A DNA stretch of 64,000 nt from an uncultured delta proteobacterium (lineage in GTDB: Bacteria; Myxococcota; Myxococcia; Myxococcales; Myxococcaceae): the NCBI GenBank assembly GCA_963713045.1, contig CAVQKE010000003.1, positions 864,001-928,000 of the forward strand, in the 5' to 3' direction. This document shows, one piece after another, positions 39,960-49,929 of the stretch. Within the stretch, counting starts at the first letter, position 1. Every line of letters begins with the position of its first letter. Below the pieces are notes generated by a model. The model had not been told where the DNA came from and ran no database searches. It worked only from the letters and a program-made list of their open reading frames with translations. Made by a program: the position numbers and the translations under genes.

Positions 39960-40915
39960 TGGCGACACCCATCGAGCTGCACGCCCTTTCCAAAACATAC
40001 CGGTTGGGTTTTTTGATGAACCGGCAGGTCCGAGCATTGGACGGCCTGGACATGGTCATCCAGCCCGGTCAGGTCTACGGCTTGCTTGGCCCCAATGGCG
40101 CTGGGAAATCCACCACCATCAAGATTGTGATGAACCTCGTTCAGGCGACGTCGGGCACGACGCAACTCTTCGGCAAGCCACCGACCAACACCGAAGTTCG
40201 CCGGCTGGTGGGTTTTGTCCCCGAAAACCCGGCACCCTATGAATACCTGACCGGACGAGAATTCGTTCAGCTCGCCGCGGACCTGGGCGGTGTTCCAGTT
40301 AGCGAAGTCCACGGCCGAACGATGGAAGTGCTCGAGTCGCTGGGCATGGGCCGAGCGGCCGACCTGCAAATCCGCCGGTACTCCAAAGGGATGATTCAAC
40401 GCGTGGCACTGGCCCAAGCGGTCGTGCACCGGCCACAGCTGCTCATCCTCGACGAGCCAACGTCGGGCCTCGACCCGGTCGGGCGCCGATTGGTCCGAGA
40501 CTTTATTTTCGCCGAACGCAACCGGGGCACCACGGTGCTTTTCTGCACCCACATCATCCCGGATGTGGAGACGCTGTGTGACCGCGTGGCGGTGCTGGTC
40601 AACGGGCGCCGCGTTCGCGAAGGGAAAGTGGCGGAACTTCTCACCGCGTCGATTCCACAGGTCGAGGTCGTGGTGGAGGGGCTTTCCGACGAGCGATTGC
40701 GGGGCTTCGGACGAACGCTCGACGAAGTGCAGACGCTCGAGGCTCGATTGGTGGTGCGCTGCCGAGACAGCGAGGCCCAGCTGCTGGTGGGCCAGGTCCT
40801 CCAGGCAGGTGGCCGCATCCTTTCTCTGCAGCCCGTTCGTTTTACGCTGGAGGACCTCTTCCTCCAGGCGCTGAGCGAGGCCAAGCACGGAACCGTTGGA
40901 GGGGAGATTCTGTGA
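39956..40915 (+). CDS. pilH: ABC transporter ATP-binding protein PilH
   Basis: GPNGAGKST, YSKGM, LILDEP, LEDLF. Confidence 0.9.
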   Translation: MMATPIELHALSKTYRLGFLMNRQVRALDGLDMVIQPGQVYGLLGPNGAGKSTTIKIVMNLVQATSGTTQLFGKPPTNTEVRRLVGFVPENPAPYEYLTGREFVQLAADLGGVPVSEVHGRTMEVLESLGMGRAADLQIRRYSKGMIQRVALAQAVVHRPQLLILDEPTSGLDPVGRRLVRDFIFAERNRGTTVLFCTHIIPDVETLCDRVAVLVNGRRVREGKVAELLTASIPQVEVVVEGLSDERLRGFGRTLDEVQTLEARLVVRCRDSEAQLLVGQVLQAGGRILSLQPVRFTLEDLFLQALSEAKHGTVGGEIL

Positions 40916-41682
40916 TTCGTTCCTTCTCGGCCATCGCCTTCAACGGATTTCGGGAGGCTCGGCGCAATCGGGTGACGCTGGTGCTGGCGTTTTTCGCCGG
41001 GTTGCTCCTGCTGTCTTCGTCGCTCATCACCGACATCACCATCGCGACCTTTGATCGGGTGCTGATCGACATCGGTTTGGGAGGAATGAGCTTCATCCTC
41101 GTCCTGCTCGCCATTTTCCTTTCCACCGGCCTTCTCAGCCGGGAGATCGAACGCCGGACCATCTTCATGGTTGTGACCAAGCCGGTTTCGCGCGGGCTTT
41201 TCTTGGTCGCGCGGCTGGCGGGCAACATGCTGACGCTCACCGCCCTTCAGCTGCTGATGGGCGGCTTGCTCCTGTTGGAGTTTTGGTTCTTCAAGACCGC
41301 CATCACCTGGCCAATCATCCTCGGCATCGGGATGCTGTGGTTCGAGCTGCTGCTGCTCTCCTCAGTGGGCTTTCTGATGTCCAGCTTTGCTGGGCCGATG
41401 ACGGCCGCATTCGTGACCGTCAGCATGTTCTTCATTGGCCATCTCTCAGGGGACATCTACGGGCTCGCCAGACGGTCGAAGAACGTTGCCCTGCAAGGTC
41501 TTGGCAAGGTCGTCTACTACGTCCTTCCCAACCTCGAACGACTCAACCTCCGTCCGCAGGCGAGCTACGGAATCGTCACTCCAGCCAGCGTGTGGCTCGC
41601 CTCGGGCGTCTATGCACTGGCCTATTCAGCCATCTTGGTGTGGCTGGCCATCCTCCTCTTTCGACGACGCGATTTTCGCTAA
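40912..41682 (+). CDS. pilI: ABC-2 type permease PilI
   Basis: FREARRNR, REIERRTI..KPVSR, FRRRDF; about 6 TM helices. Confidence 0.88.
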   Translation: MIRSFSAIAFNGFREARRNRVTLVLAFFAGLLLLSSSLITDITIATFDRVLIDIGLGGMSFILVLLAIFLSTGLLSREIERRTIFMVVTKPVSRGLFLVARLAGNMLTLTALQLLMGGLLLLEFWFFKTAITWPIILGIGMLWFELLLLSSVGFLMSSFAGPMTAAFVTVSMFFIGHLSGDIYGLARRSKNVALQGLGKVVYYVLPNLERLNLRPQASYGIVTPASVWLASGVYALAYSAILVWLAILLFRRRDFR

Positions 41683-41715
41683 CGCCCGGCGACATTCGAC
41701 GACAGCCGGAGGAGG

Positions 41716-43098
41716 CTACGCCCCTTCGGTGTCGGCCAAACCGTGCTTCGCCAGCCGATAGCGGAAGCTTCGGAAGGTGAGTCCGAGCAGCGACGCAGCG
41801 CGCGTCTTCACCCCCTCCGCTCTGCGGAGGGCTTCCAGCAAATAGCGACGCTCTGCTTCGTCGAGGTACCTCTCTAAAGAAAAGGCCTCGGCAAGTTCCA
41901 GGGCTGGGCCGTCGGGGGTGGGGGGGGCCGCTTCTCCGCGCAGCGCCGCCGGGAGGGTGTCCGGGCCCAGCTGGCTTGCTTCGGCCAATGTCGCCGCACG
42001 TTCGACAATGTTCTGCAGCTGCCGAACGTTGCCTGGGAAGGGGTAGGTCTCCAGCAGATGCAGAGTCTCGGGCGCGAAGCACAACGAGGGGCGCTCCAGC
42101 TCCTCTCGCATCCGGGCGAGGAACGACTCCGCCAGTTCGGGGATGTCCCCCGGCCGCGCGCGCAGGGGCGGCAGTTCAATGGTGATGACGTTCAGCCGGT
42201 AGAAGAGGTCCTCCCGAAAGCGTCCCGCTTTGACGTCCGCTTCGAGCCGCCGGTTGGTCGCCACCACCACCCGCGCATCGAAGGGCACTTCGGCCGCACT
42301 GCCCACCGGTTTGACGGTCCGCTCCTGCAACACCCGCAGCAGCTTCACTTGGGTGCCGGGAACCAGCTCGCCAATCTCATCCAGAAAGACAGTTCCCTCT
42401 CCGGCCGCCACCAGTAGCCCCGTCCGGTCCGTCAGTGCGCCGGTAAAGGCGCCCTTGACGTGTCCGAAAAGTTCCGACTCCAGGACACCCTCGGCAAGCG
42501 CTGCGCAATTGACCGGCAGAAAGGGTTTGCCGGCGCGAGGCCCGGCGAAGTGGATGGCCCGCGCCACCAGCTCCTTGCCGGTCCCACTCTCGCCGGTGAT
42601 GAGGACGGTCGACTTGGAGTTCGCCACTTTGCGCACCAGCGCACGAACGTTTTCCATCGCCGCGCTGTTGCCCACCATCAGCAGGTTGCCGGCGAAGGAC
42701 TCCCGCAGAGCCCGGTTCTCCTCGCGCAGCTCCCGCTTTTCGAGGGCGTTCTGGACGAGAAGGGTCATCTCCTCGTTGTCGAAAGGCTTGCAGATGTAGT
42801 CGTAGGCGCCCGCGCGCATCGCTTCCACGGCGGCCGCCGGCGTACCGAAGGCGGTGATGAGGATGACTTCCGTCCCGAGGGAGTGCTCGCGGACCTCGCG
42901 CAGAACCTGCATTCCGCTGTCGTTCCCGAGGCGCATGTCCGACACCACGAGGTCCGGCGGCTGCTCGGCGAGACGAGCGCGTGCGTCGGACAGGCCGCTG
43001 GCGGTCACCACGTCATAGCCGCGCCGGCGGAACAGCACCTCGAGGTACTGCCGCATCGACAGTTCGTCGTCGACGACGAGGATGCGGGCGCCCTTCAT
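41716..43098 (-). CDS. pilR: Sigma54-dependent response regulator PilR
   Basis: Receiver domain, GESGTGKE, GAFTGA, PilR-type HTH LTFRSFRYRL. Confidence 0.92.
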   Translation of the reverse strand: MKGARILVVDDELSMRQYLEVLFRRRGYDVVTASGLSDARARLAEQPPDLVVSDMRLGNDSGMQVLREVREHSLGTEVILITAFGTPAAAVEAMRAGAYDYICKPFDNEEMTLLVQNALEKRELREENRALRESFAGNLLMVGNSAAMENVRALVRKVANSKSTVLITGESGTGKELVARAIHFAGPRAGKPFLPVNCAALAEGVLESELFGHVKGAFTGALTDRTGLLVAAGEGTVFLDEIGELVPGTQVKLLRVLQERTVKPVGSAAEVPFDARVVVATNRRLEADVKAGRFREDLFYRLNVITIELPPLRARPGDIPELAESFLARMREELERPSLCFAPETLHLLETYPFPGNVRQLQNIVERAATLAEASQLGPDTLPAALRGEAAPPTPDGPALELAEAFSLERYLDEAERRYLLEALRRAEGVKTRAASLLGLTFRSFRYRLAKHGLADTEGA

Positions 43099-44708
43099 GG
43101 AGTGAGCGCTACCACGACTTCCGTCCCCTTGGCTGGCGAGGAGCTGACATGAACCTGGCCACCGTGGGCGCGGACGATGGAGTGGACGGTGGTCAGGCCG
43201 AGGCCCGTCCCCCCCGGCGTCTTACTGAAGAAGGGTTCAAAAATGTGCGGGAGGTCCGTCGAGGAAATGCTGCCGGCCGAGTCCCAGACGTGGATTCGGC
43301 TGGTGTCGCCACTCTTGGAGAAGTAGGCCCTCACCCGGCCGCCGCGCCCAGCCGCCGCGAGCGCGTTTCGTAGAATGTTGAGCAGGACCTGGCGAATTTG
43401 GTTCGGGTCAACGTCGGCCTCGAGCCCGGCGGGCTCGACCTCCACGTGTACCCCGACCGCGAGCGGGTCGGCAGCCAACAGTTCCACCGTTTGGCGGACG
43501 AGCTCGTCCAGGGCGCACCGACGACGAACGGGAGTCGACGGGCGGGCAAAGGCCAAGAAGTCGTCGACCAAGGCGCCCAAGCGGTCTGCTTCCCTTCGCA
43601 GGACCGCCAACAGGCGCCGCGTCTCGCTGTCGCCGCCCTCTGCCAGGAGCTCCGCGGAGCCGCGCATTGCCGCCAGCGGGTTCTTAATTTCGTGAGCCAA
43701 TTCGGCGGAGAGGGCCCCCAACTCAGCCAGCCGGTCTGCCCGGCGAAGCTCCTCCTCAGCGCGGCGCAGCTCGGTCAGGTCCTGGAAAACAATCAGCCGA
43801 GCGCCGGGGGGCGCGTGCAGGGGAACCATGGCGAGGCCGAGGATGCGCACACCAGCGGGAGTCTTGACGGTGAGTTCGGCGCGCGGGCGCCCGGGCTGCG
43901 GGACGGCGAGCGAAAGCACGCCGGGAATGAGGCGGTCTACCGGAACCGGAAGTTCATCGCCGCTGACCTGGAGAATGGTCTCGCCGGCACGATTGACAAA
44001 GGTCGCCTGACCCGCCGAATCGCACGTCAAGAGACCCGACGGCATGGATTCGAGAATCTGCCGTTGGACCTCGGCCATTTCACGGAGGTCGGTCTCGCGT
44101 GCTTTGAGTTTGCGGCCGGTCTGGCTGAGCTGTCGGCTTAAGAAGCCGGCGAGAAAAGCGAGCAGAAACTGGGCCAGCACGTTGCTGGTGATGAGAAAGG
44201 CCAGCCGACCCGCGGGAAGAGTCGTCGAGCCTGCCGGCGACCTCAGCCAACCCTCGCGGAGAAGCCCCACCAAGACGAGGTAGGCGACCGACGTGGCACC
44301 GGCGGCCAGCAGGGTGCCCTTCTGGTCGAGGAGGATGGCCGCCCCCACCACCGCGAGCAAATAGGTGAAGGTGAAGGGGCTGTCGGCGCCGCCGGTGAGA
44401 AACACCAAGGCGCTCGCCAACAGGACGTCGCCGGCGACGTGCGCTACTGCACTGGCCGCCGACGGTCGGGAGCGCCGCAGCCAACCGGCTTGGACCAGCA
44501 CCAGCAGGTACACCGCCCCGCTGACCCAGAGCGACATCATCTCCGGCGAGCCGACCTCTTCGGTGGGGGGCCCGCTGAAGAGGCGGACCGCATTCACCAA
44601 GAGAAGCAGCGTCGCGGCGACGGTGCGAAAGGCGGTAATCCACACCAACCTCGCCCGCAAATCTCCGAAGCCCGGGGCCGATCCCGGCGAGGCGCTACTT
44701 GATGGCAC
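43095..44708 (-). CDS. pilS: Sensor histidine kinase PilS
   Basis: Six-TM input (TGGADSPF), PAS-like region, AHEIKNP, GTGLGL. Confidence 0.9.
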   Translation of the reverse strand: MPSSSASPGSAPGFGDLRARLVWITAFRTVAATLLLLVNAVRLFSGPPTEEVGSPEMMSLWVSGAVYLLVLVQAGWLRRSRPSAASAVAHVAGDVLLASALVFLTGGADSPFTFTYLLAVVGAAILLDQKGTLLAAGATSVAYLVLVGLLREGWLRSPAGSTTLPAGRLAFLITSNVLAQFLLAFLAGFLSRQLSQTGRKLKARETDLREMAEVQRQILESMPSGLLTCDSAGQATFVNRAGETILQVSGDELPVPVDRLIPGVLSLAVPQPGRPRAELTVKTPAGVRILGLAMVPLHAPPGARLIVFQDLTELRRAEEELRRADRLAELGALSAELAHEIKNPLAAMRGSAELLAEGGDSETRRLLAVLRREADRLGALVDDFLAFARPSTPVRRRCALDELVRQTVELLAADPLAVGVHVEVEPAGLEADVDPNQIRQVLLNILRNALAAAGRGGRVRAYFSKSGDTSRIHVWDSAGSISSTDLPHIFEPFFSKTPGGTGLGLTTVHSIVRAHGGQVHVSSSPAKGTEVVVALTP

Positions 44709-45939
44709 CGGCGATGGCGAAGATGGGCAAGTACATGGCGATCAGGAAGCCGCCGACGATGCCGCCCAGGAAGACCATCAACAGGGGCTCGATCATCGCT
44801 GTGAGCGAGCCCACCGCGGTGTCCACCTCGTCGTCGTAGAAGTCGGCAATCTTCTGAAGCATGGCGTCCATCGCACCGGTCGCCTCGCCCACCCCAATCA
44901 TTTGCACCACCATCGGCGGAAAGACCTTGGTCTCAAGGAGCGGCCCCGCGATGTTCTTGCCCTCGGAAATCTTGGCCCGGACGTAAAGGATGCCGTCCTC
45001 CACCGTCCGGTTGCCGGCGGTCTTCGCAGTCACGTCCAGGGCGTCCAGAATGGGTACGCCAGAACTAATCATCGTTCCCAGGGTCCGCGTGAAGCGCGCC
45101 ACCGCCACCTTGCGGATGACCGGCCCAACCAGAGGAAGCTGAAGAAGGACTTTGTCGACCAACCGGCGTCCGAAGTTGGAACGGTAGAAAAACCCGAAGG
45201 CAACGACCACCGCGATGATGCCCATCACCATGTAGATGAACCACTTCTGCAGCCACTCCGAGAGGTCAATCACCAATTGCGTCGGGCCAGGAAGCGCCTG
45301 TCCAAAGTCGGAAAACATCTTTGCAAAGACGGGCGTCACTTTGAGCAACAGAAGCGCGGTCACCCCGATCGCGACGGTGATGACGATGATCGGGTAAACC
45401 ATTGCGCCTTTGACCTTGCGCTTCAGTTTTTCCGCCTTCTCGCGATAGGCGCTCAGCCGGTTGAGGATGGTGTCAAGAATGCCGCCCACTTCACCGGCCG
45501 CACAGAGCTGTACGAAGAGTTCGTCAAAGACCTTGGGATGATCCTTCAAGGCATCGGCAAAGGTAGAGCCGGACTCCACTTTGGTCTTGATGGCGAAGAC
45601 CACCTTGCGGAAGGCCCGGTTGTCCATCTGGCTGCCGAGAATGTCGAGGCACTGAACCAGCGGCAGACCCGCGTCGATCATCGTCGCGAACTGCCGGGTG
45701 AAGACGAGGATGTCCTTGCCACCGACCCCGCTGCCCAACTGCGGCAGATGGAGGTCGGCCGGCTTCTTCTTCACCTTGAGGGGAGCGAGCCCAAGGGCCC
45801 GGATGCGGGTCTCGACGGTCGAGCCATCGAGCGCTTCCATCTCGCCCCGCTTTACCTCACCGGTTTTGGTGCGCGCCTGCCAAACCCAGACGCGCGGCTT
45901 CTTCGGCGTGGTCTTCAGGGCTGTCGCGGAGACTGCCAT
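44695..45939 (-). CDS. pilC: T4aP platform protein PilC
   Basis: FTRQFATMIDAGLP, GEVGG, GEATG, MYLPIF. Confidence 0.96.
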   Translation of the reverse strand: MAVSATALKTTPKKPRVWVWQARTKTGEVKRGEMEALDGSTVETRIRALGLAPLKVKKKPADLHLPQLGSGVGGKDILVFTRQFATMIDAGLPLVQCLDILGSQMDNRAFRKVVFAIKTKVESGSTFADALKDHPKVFDELFVQLCAAGEVGGILDTILNRLSAYREKAEKLKRKVKGAMVYPIIVITVAIGVTALLLLKVTPVFAKMFSDFGQALPGPTQLVIDLSEWLQKWFIYMVMGIIAVVVAFGFFYRSNFGRRLVDKVLLQLPLVGPVIRKVAVARFTRTLGTMISSGVPILDALDVTAKTAGNRTVEDGILYVRAKISEGKNIAGPLLETKVFPPMVVQMIGVGEATGAMDAMLQKIADFYDDEVDTAVGSLTAMIEPLLMVFLGGIVGGFLIAMYLPIFAIAGAIK

Positions 45940-45998
45940 ACCTTCACGCACCTCCAACTACGCGCTCAATACTTCAGCTTAGCACCGCGCGCCGGCTT

Positions 45999-47129
45999 TC
46001 AGTACTTGGCGGCCGTGGAGCGGCCGATGGGCTGCGCGGCGTGGCCTGGCAGCGTTCCAGCAACCGCGCCGCTGGTGAGGATGTTGCGCAGCTCTTCACC
46101 GTCTGAGCTGCGCGCGTAGGCCTCTTCCTGGGTGATGAGACGTTTGACCACCAGGCTGGCCAGACTCTGGTTGAAGGTCTGCATCCCGTACTTGGCTTGG
46201 CCCACCTGCATCGAGGAATAAATCTGGTGCACCTTGTCTTCGCGGATGAGGTTTCGGATGGCTGCATTGGGAACCATCACTTCCAACGCCAGGACCCGGC
46301 CGCCTTGGCCCGCCCTCGGGATGAGGGCCTGGCTCATCACGCCCTCGATGACGAAGGACAGCTGGGCGCGCACCTGCGGCTGCTGGAAGGGAGGGAAGAC
46401 GTCGAGAATCCGGTTGATGGTCTGCACACAGCTGTTGGTGTGGAGGGTGCCGAAACAAATGTGGCCCGTCTCAGCGATGACCAGGGCGGCCTCAATGGTC
46501 TCCAGATCTCGCATCTCGCCGACCAGCACCACGTCCGGGTCCTGGCGCAAAATGTACTTCAACGCCGTTTTGAAGCTTCGGGTGTCGGCTCCCACCTCGC
46601 GCTGGTTGACCAGACAATTCTTATGCGGGTGCAGGTACTCGATGGGGTCCTCAATCGTCATGATGTGCTCATGGCGATCGGTGTTGATCTTGTCGATGAT
46701 CGAGGCAAGCGTGGTGCTCTTGCCGGAGCCAGTCGGTCCGGTCACCAGCACCAGTCCCCGTGGCTTCTTGGAGAGTTCCGAGACGACCGGCGGAAGCCCC
46801 AGTTCCTGGAAGCTCAAAATCTTGAAGGGAATGGTCCGGAAGGCCCCGGCCACTGCCCCCCGCTGCATGTAGACGTTGGCCCGGAAGCGGGCCAACTGCT
46901 TGACGCCGAAGGAGAGGTCCAGCTCATTGTCCTCTTCAAATTTTGCCTTCTGCGCGTCGGTCAGCACCGAGTAGCACAGCTGCTTCGTCTCGACCGCGGA
47001 GAGCGGCGCCATTTTGAGCGGGACGAGCTCGCCGTCCACCCGGAGCTGGGGCGGTGAGCCGGTGGTGATGTGGAGGTCGGAGGCTCCCTTGTCCACCATC
47101 GCCTTCAACAATTGATGCAGGTTCGCCAC
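45999..47129 (-). CDS. pilT: Retraction ATPase PilT
   Basis: GPTGSGKSTT, AIRNLIRE, GMQT. Confidence 0.97.
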   Translation of the reverse strand: MANLHQLLKAMVDKGASDLHITTGSPPQLRVDGELVPLKMAPLSAVETKQLCYSVLTDAQKAKFEEDNELDLSFGVKQLARFRANVYMQRGAVAGAFRTIPFKILSFQELGLPPVVSELSKKPRGLVLVTGPTGSGKSTTLASIIDKINTDRHEHIMTIEDPIEYLHPHKNCLVNQREVGADTRSFKTALKYILRQDPDVVLVGEMRDLETIEAALVIAETGHICFGTLHTNSCVQTINRILDVFPPFQQPQVRAQLSFVIEGVMSQALIPRAGQGGRVLALEVMVPNAAIRNLIREDKVHQIYSSMQVGQAKYGMQTFNQSLASLVVKRLITQEEAYARSSDGEELRNILTSGAVAGTLPGHAAQPIGRSTAAKY

Positions 47130-47145
47130 GCCGCTCGCTCCGTTC

Positions 47146-48846
47146 CTAGAACCTGTCGGGTGCTGTGTTGCCGACCACTTCTTCCAGTGTCGTGACGCCG
47201 GCCATCATCTTGCCCAGAGCGGCTTGCCGCAGGGTCTGCATGCCGAGCCGCATCGCTTCCTGCTTGAGCTCGGCCGCGGAGGCGCCGTTGATGACCAAGT
47301 CCTTGAGGCCGTCCCAGAAGGGCATCACTTCGTAAATGGCCACCCGGCCGCGGTAGCCGCGGTCATTGCAGTCGCGACAGCCCACCGGCTTCTGCAGGGC
47401 GAACGTTCCAATCTTGTCGGGCGGGACGCCAGCGTCGATGAGCGCCTGGTCCTCCACATCCTCCGCCGGGCGCTTGCAGACCGCGCACAGCCGCCGGGCG
47501 AGCCGCTGGGCCAAAATCAAGTTGAGCGACGCGGTCACCAGGAACGGCTCGATGCCCATGTTCAACAGACGACTGACCGTTCCTGGTGCGTCGTTGGTGT
47601 GCAGGGTGGAGAGCACCAGGTGGCCGGTGAGCGCCGCCTTGACGCCGATTTCTGCAGTCTCGAAGTCGCGAATCTCGCCAATCATGATGATGTCCGGGTC
47701 CTGCCGCAAAAAGCTGCGCAGTGCCGAGGCGAAGTTCAGCCCAATGTCGTCGTGCATCTGGACCTGATTGATGCCGGCAAAGTTGAACTCCACTGGGTCC
47801 TCAGCGGTGGAGATGTTGACGTCTGTCTGGTTGAGCGAGCTGAGCGCCGAGTAAAGCGTGGTCGTCTTCCCGGACCCGGTCGGTCCGGTGACCAGCACCA
47901 TCCCATAGGGCCGATCAATGGCCTCTTTGAACCATTTCAACGGCTCGGCGTCGAACCCCAGCTTGGTCATGTCCAGCTGGAGGTTGCCCTTGTCCAAGAG
48001 ACGCAACACCACCTTCTCGCCAAACAGCGTCGGACAGACGCTGACGCGGAAGTCCATCTCCTTGCCGCTGAATTTGATTTTGATGCGGCCATCCTGCGGC
48101 AGGCGCCGCTCGCTGATGTCCAGCTCGGCCATGATTTTCAAGCGGCTGGTGATGGCCATTTTGAGCTTTTGCGGCGGACGCATCACGTCGTACAGCACAC
48201 CGTCGATGCGGAAGCGGACACGGAAGTCCTTCTCATAGGGCTCGACGTGGATGTCCGAGGCCCCCTTGCGGATGGCGTCCATCAGCACCAGGTTGACCAG
48301 CTTGACGACCGGTGCGTCGTCGGCGGCCCGCGCGGCGTCATCGACATCCTCCGAGCCGTCCTTGGCAAGCTCAACGTCGTCCTCGCCCACCGAACCGACA
48401 ATCTCCTCGAGCGAAGGACCCTTCTGAGCGTAGTAGCGCTCGATGGCCTCGCGAATGGAGACCTCTGAGGCGACCACCGCTTCGATGTTGTAGCCGGTGG
48501 TGAACTTGAGGTCATCGACTGCAAAAATATTCGACGGGTCGGCCATCGCGACAATCAACGAGGGGCCGGCCCGGTTGACCGGAATCACAACGTGCTTCTG
48601 GGCAACGTCCTTCTTGACCAGTTTGATGATTTCCGGGTCGATGTCGAAGTCTTTGAGGTTGATCGCCGGAACGCCGTACTGCTTGGACAGAAAGTCGGTG
48701 AGCTTGTGCTCCTCAATCGCCCCGGTCTTGATGAGCGCCGTGCCCATGCGCGAGCCAGACCGCTGCTGCTCTTCCTGGGCCTTCCGGAGCTGCTGGACCG
48801 AAATCAGGTTCTCGCGGACGAGGAGCTCACCGAGCCGACCGGACAT
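47146..48846 (-). CDS. pilB: Extension ATPase PilB with an N-terminal MshEN-like domain
   Basis: RLGELLV N-terminus, GPTGSGKTT, LRQDPD, tetracysteine motif. Confidence 0.97.
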   Translation of the reverse strand: MSGRLGELLVRENLISVQQLRKAQEEQQRSGSRMGTALIKTGAIEEHKLTDFLSKQYGVPAINLKDFDIDPEIIKLVKKDVAQKHVVIPVNRAGPSLIVAMADPSNIFAVDDLKFTTGYNIEAVVASEVSIREAIERYYAQKGPSLEEIVGSVGEDDVELAKDGSEDVDDAARAADDAPVVKLVNLVLMDAIRKGASDIHVEPYEKDFRVRFRIDGVLYDVMRPPQKLKMAITSRLKIMAELDISERRLPQDGRIKIKFSGKEMDFRVSVCPTLFGEKVVLRLLDKGNLQLDMTKLGFDAEPLKWFKEAIDRPYGMVLVTGPTGSGKTTTLYSALSSLNQTDVNISTAEDPVEFNFAGINQVQMHDDIGLNFASALRSFLRQDPDIIMIGEIRDFETAEIGVKAALTGHLVLSTLHTNDAPGTVSRLLNMGIEPFLVTASLNLILAQRLARRLCAVCKRPAEDVEDQALIDAGVPPDKIGTFALQKPVGCRDCNDRGYRGRVAIYEVMPFWDGLKDLVINGASAAELKQEAMRLGMQTLRQAALGKMMAGVTTLEEVVGNTAPDRF

Positions 48847-48939
48847 TCCTATGTCCTATCACGGGTGGCCGAATCCCGACCGTTCCCGGAGGCGTGTCAC
48901 GTGGAAGAGGTGTGTGCAGAGGGAAAGAAACGCCCCACC

Positions 48940-48969
48940 ACACTAAGGCCCCAGAAAAAAGGGTGTCAA
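48940..48969 (-). promoter_or_regulatory. Putative sigma70/SigA promoter for pilBTC
   Basis: Minus-strand TTGACA-N18-TAGTGT; the -35 box contains the ribF TGA stop. Confidence 0.6.
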
Positions 48970-49889
48970 CCGCCGGGGGGGCCGACCACCGCACGCGCCG
49001 CCTCCACGTCCAGCCGAATTTGCGCCGCCAGTTCCGATACTGACCCAAATCTCTGCTCCGGACGAAGGCGCTCGAGGAACTCGACTCTCACCGGTTGGCC
49101 GTAGAGGTCACCCGACCAGTCCAGAACGTGCACCTCCAGGGAGACGTCGGTCCCACCGAAGGTGGGCCTGGAGCCCACGTTCGCGGCGCCCCCGCGCCAG
49201 GCTGCCGTCTCTGAGGCACCCAGCCTGACCCGGACGGCGTAGACGCCTGAGCCCGGCTTGATTTCGGCTTCGCTGTGCACGTTGGCGGTGGGCCAGCCGA
49301 GGGTTCTCCCACGGCCGTCCCCGCGGACCACGACGCCGTCCAAGTCAAATGGCCGGCCCAGCAGCGCTCGGGCGGCGGCGACCCGTCCCTCGAGGAGGTA
49401 TTCGCGGATGCGGGAACTCGAGGCCACCACTCCCTCCACCGTCACTGGCTCCACCACGTGCACCTCAGCCGAACGCGTGAAAGCGGCCTGCCGGAGGGTG
49501 GAAACGGTCCCGGACCGGCGGGCGCCGTAGGTGAAGTCCTGCCCCACCACCAAGTGGGCTGCCCGAACTCCGTCCAGCAGCGAGGCCTCGAACGCTGCCG
49601 CGGTGGTGGAGGCGTAGGCCCGGGTGAAGGGCACCACCACGGCCGCTGCTAAGCCGGAGGCGGCGAAGAGCTCGAGCTTTCGACTCAGCGTGGTGATGAG
49701 TTTGGGGGCGAGCTCGGGCTGCAGCACCTTCCCCGGGTGCGGCTCAAAAGTGAGCGCGGCCGAGCGGCCCAGTGAGCCGGCGAGGCGAAACAGGGCCTGA
49801 TGCCCGAGGTGAACGCCGTCGAAGTTGCCCAGCGCCAGGGCGCCGCCGGCCAGTTCGGAGGCATCGGAGAGTCCATGGAAGACCTTCAT
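48966..49889 (-). CDS. ribF: Bifunctional riboflavin kinase/FAD synthetase
   Basis: GNFDGVHLGH, SSSRIR, GRTLGWPTAN, EVHVLD. Confidence 0.96.
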   Translation of the reverse strand: MKVFHGLSDASELAGGALALGNFDGVHLGHQALFRLAGSLGRSAALTFEPHPGKVLQPELAPKLITTLSRKLELFAASGLAAAVVVPFTRAYASTTAAAFEASLLDGVRAAHLVVGQDFTYGARRSGTVSTLRQAAFTRSAEVHVVEPVTVEGVVASSSRIREYLLEGRVAAARALLGRPFDLDGVVVRGDGRGRTLGWPTANVHSEAEIKPGSGVYAVRVRLGASETAAWRGGAANVGSRPTFGGTDVSLEVHVLDWSGDLYGQPVRVEFLERLRPEQRFGSVSELAAQIRLDVEAARAVVGPPGG

Positions 49890-49929
49890 CGCGGCCGCCT
49901 GTCTAGCGTATAGGCCATGGATTCTTCCA

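Noticed and set aside
41683..41715. Inverted repeats at the ends of pilAGHI suggesting an invertible switch
   Set aside because: Only a short CTCCGGC.GTC similarity to the 37617 region, expected by chance, and no recombinase in the window.
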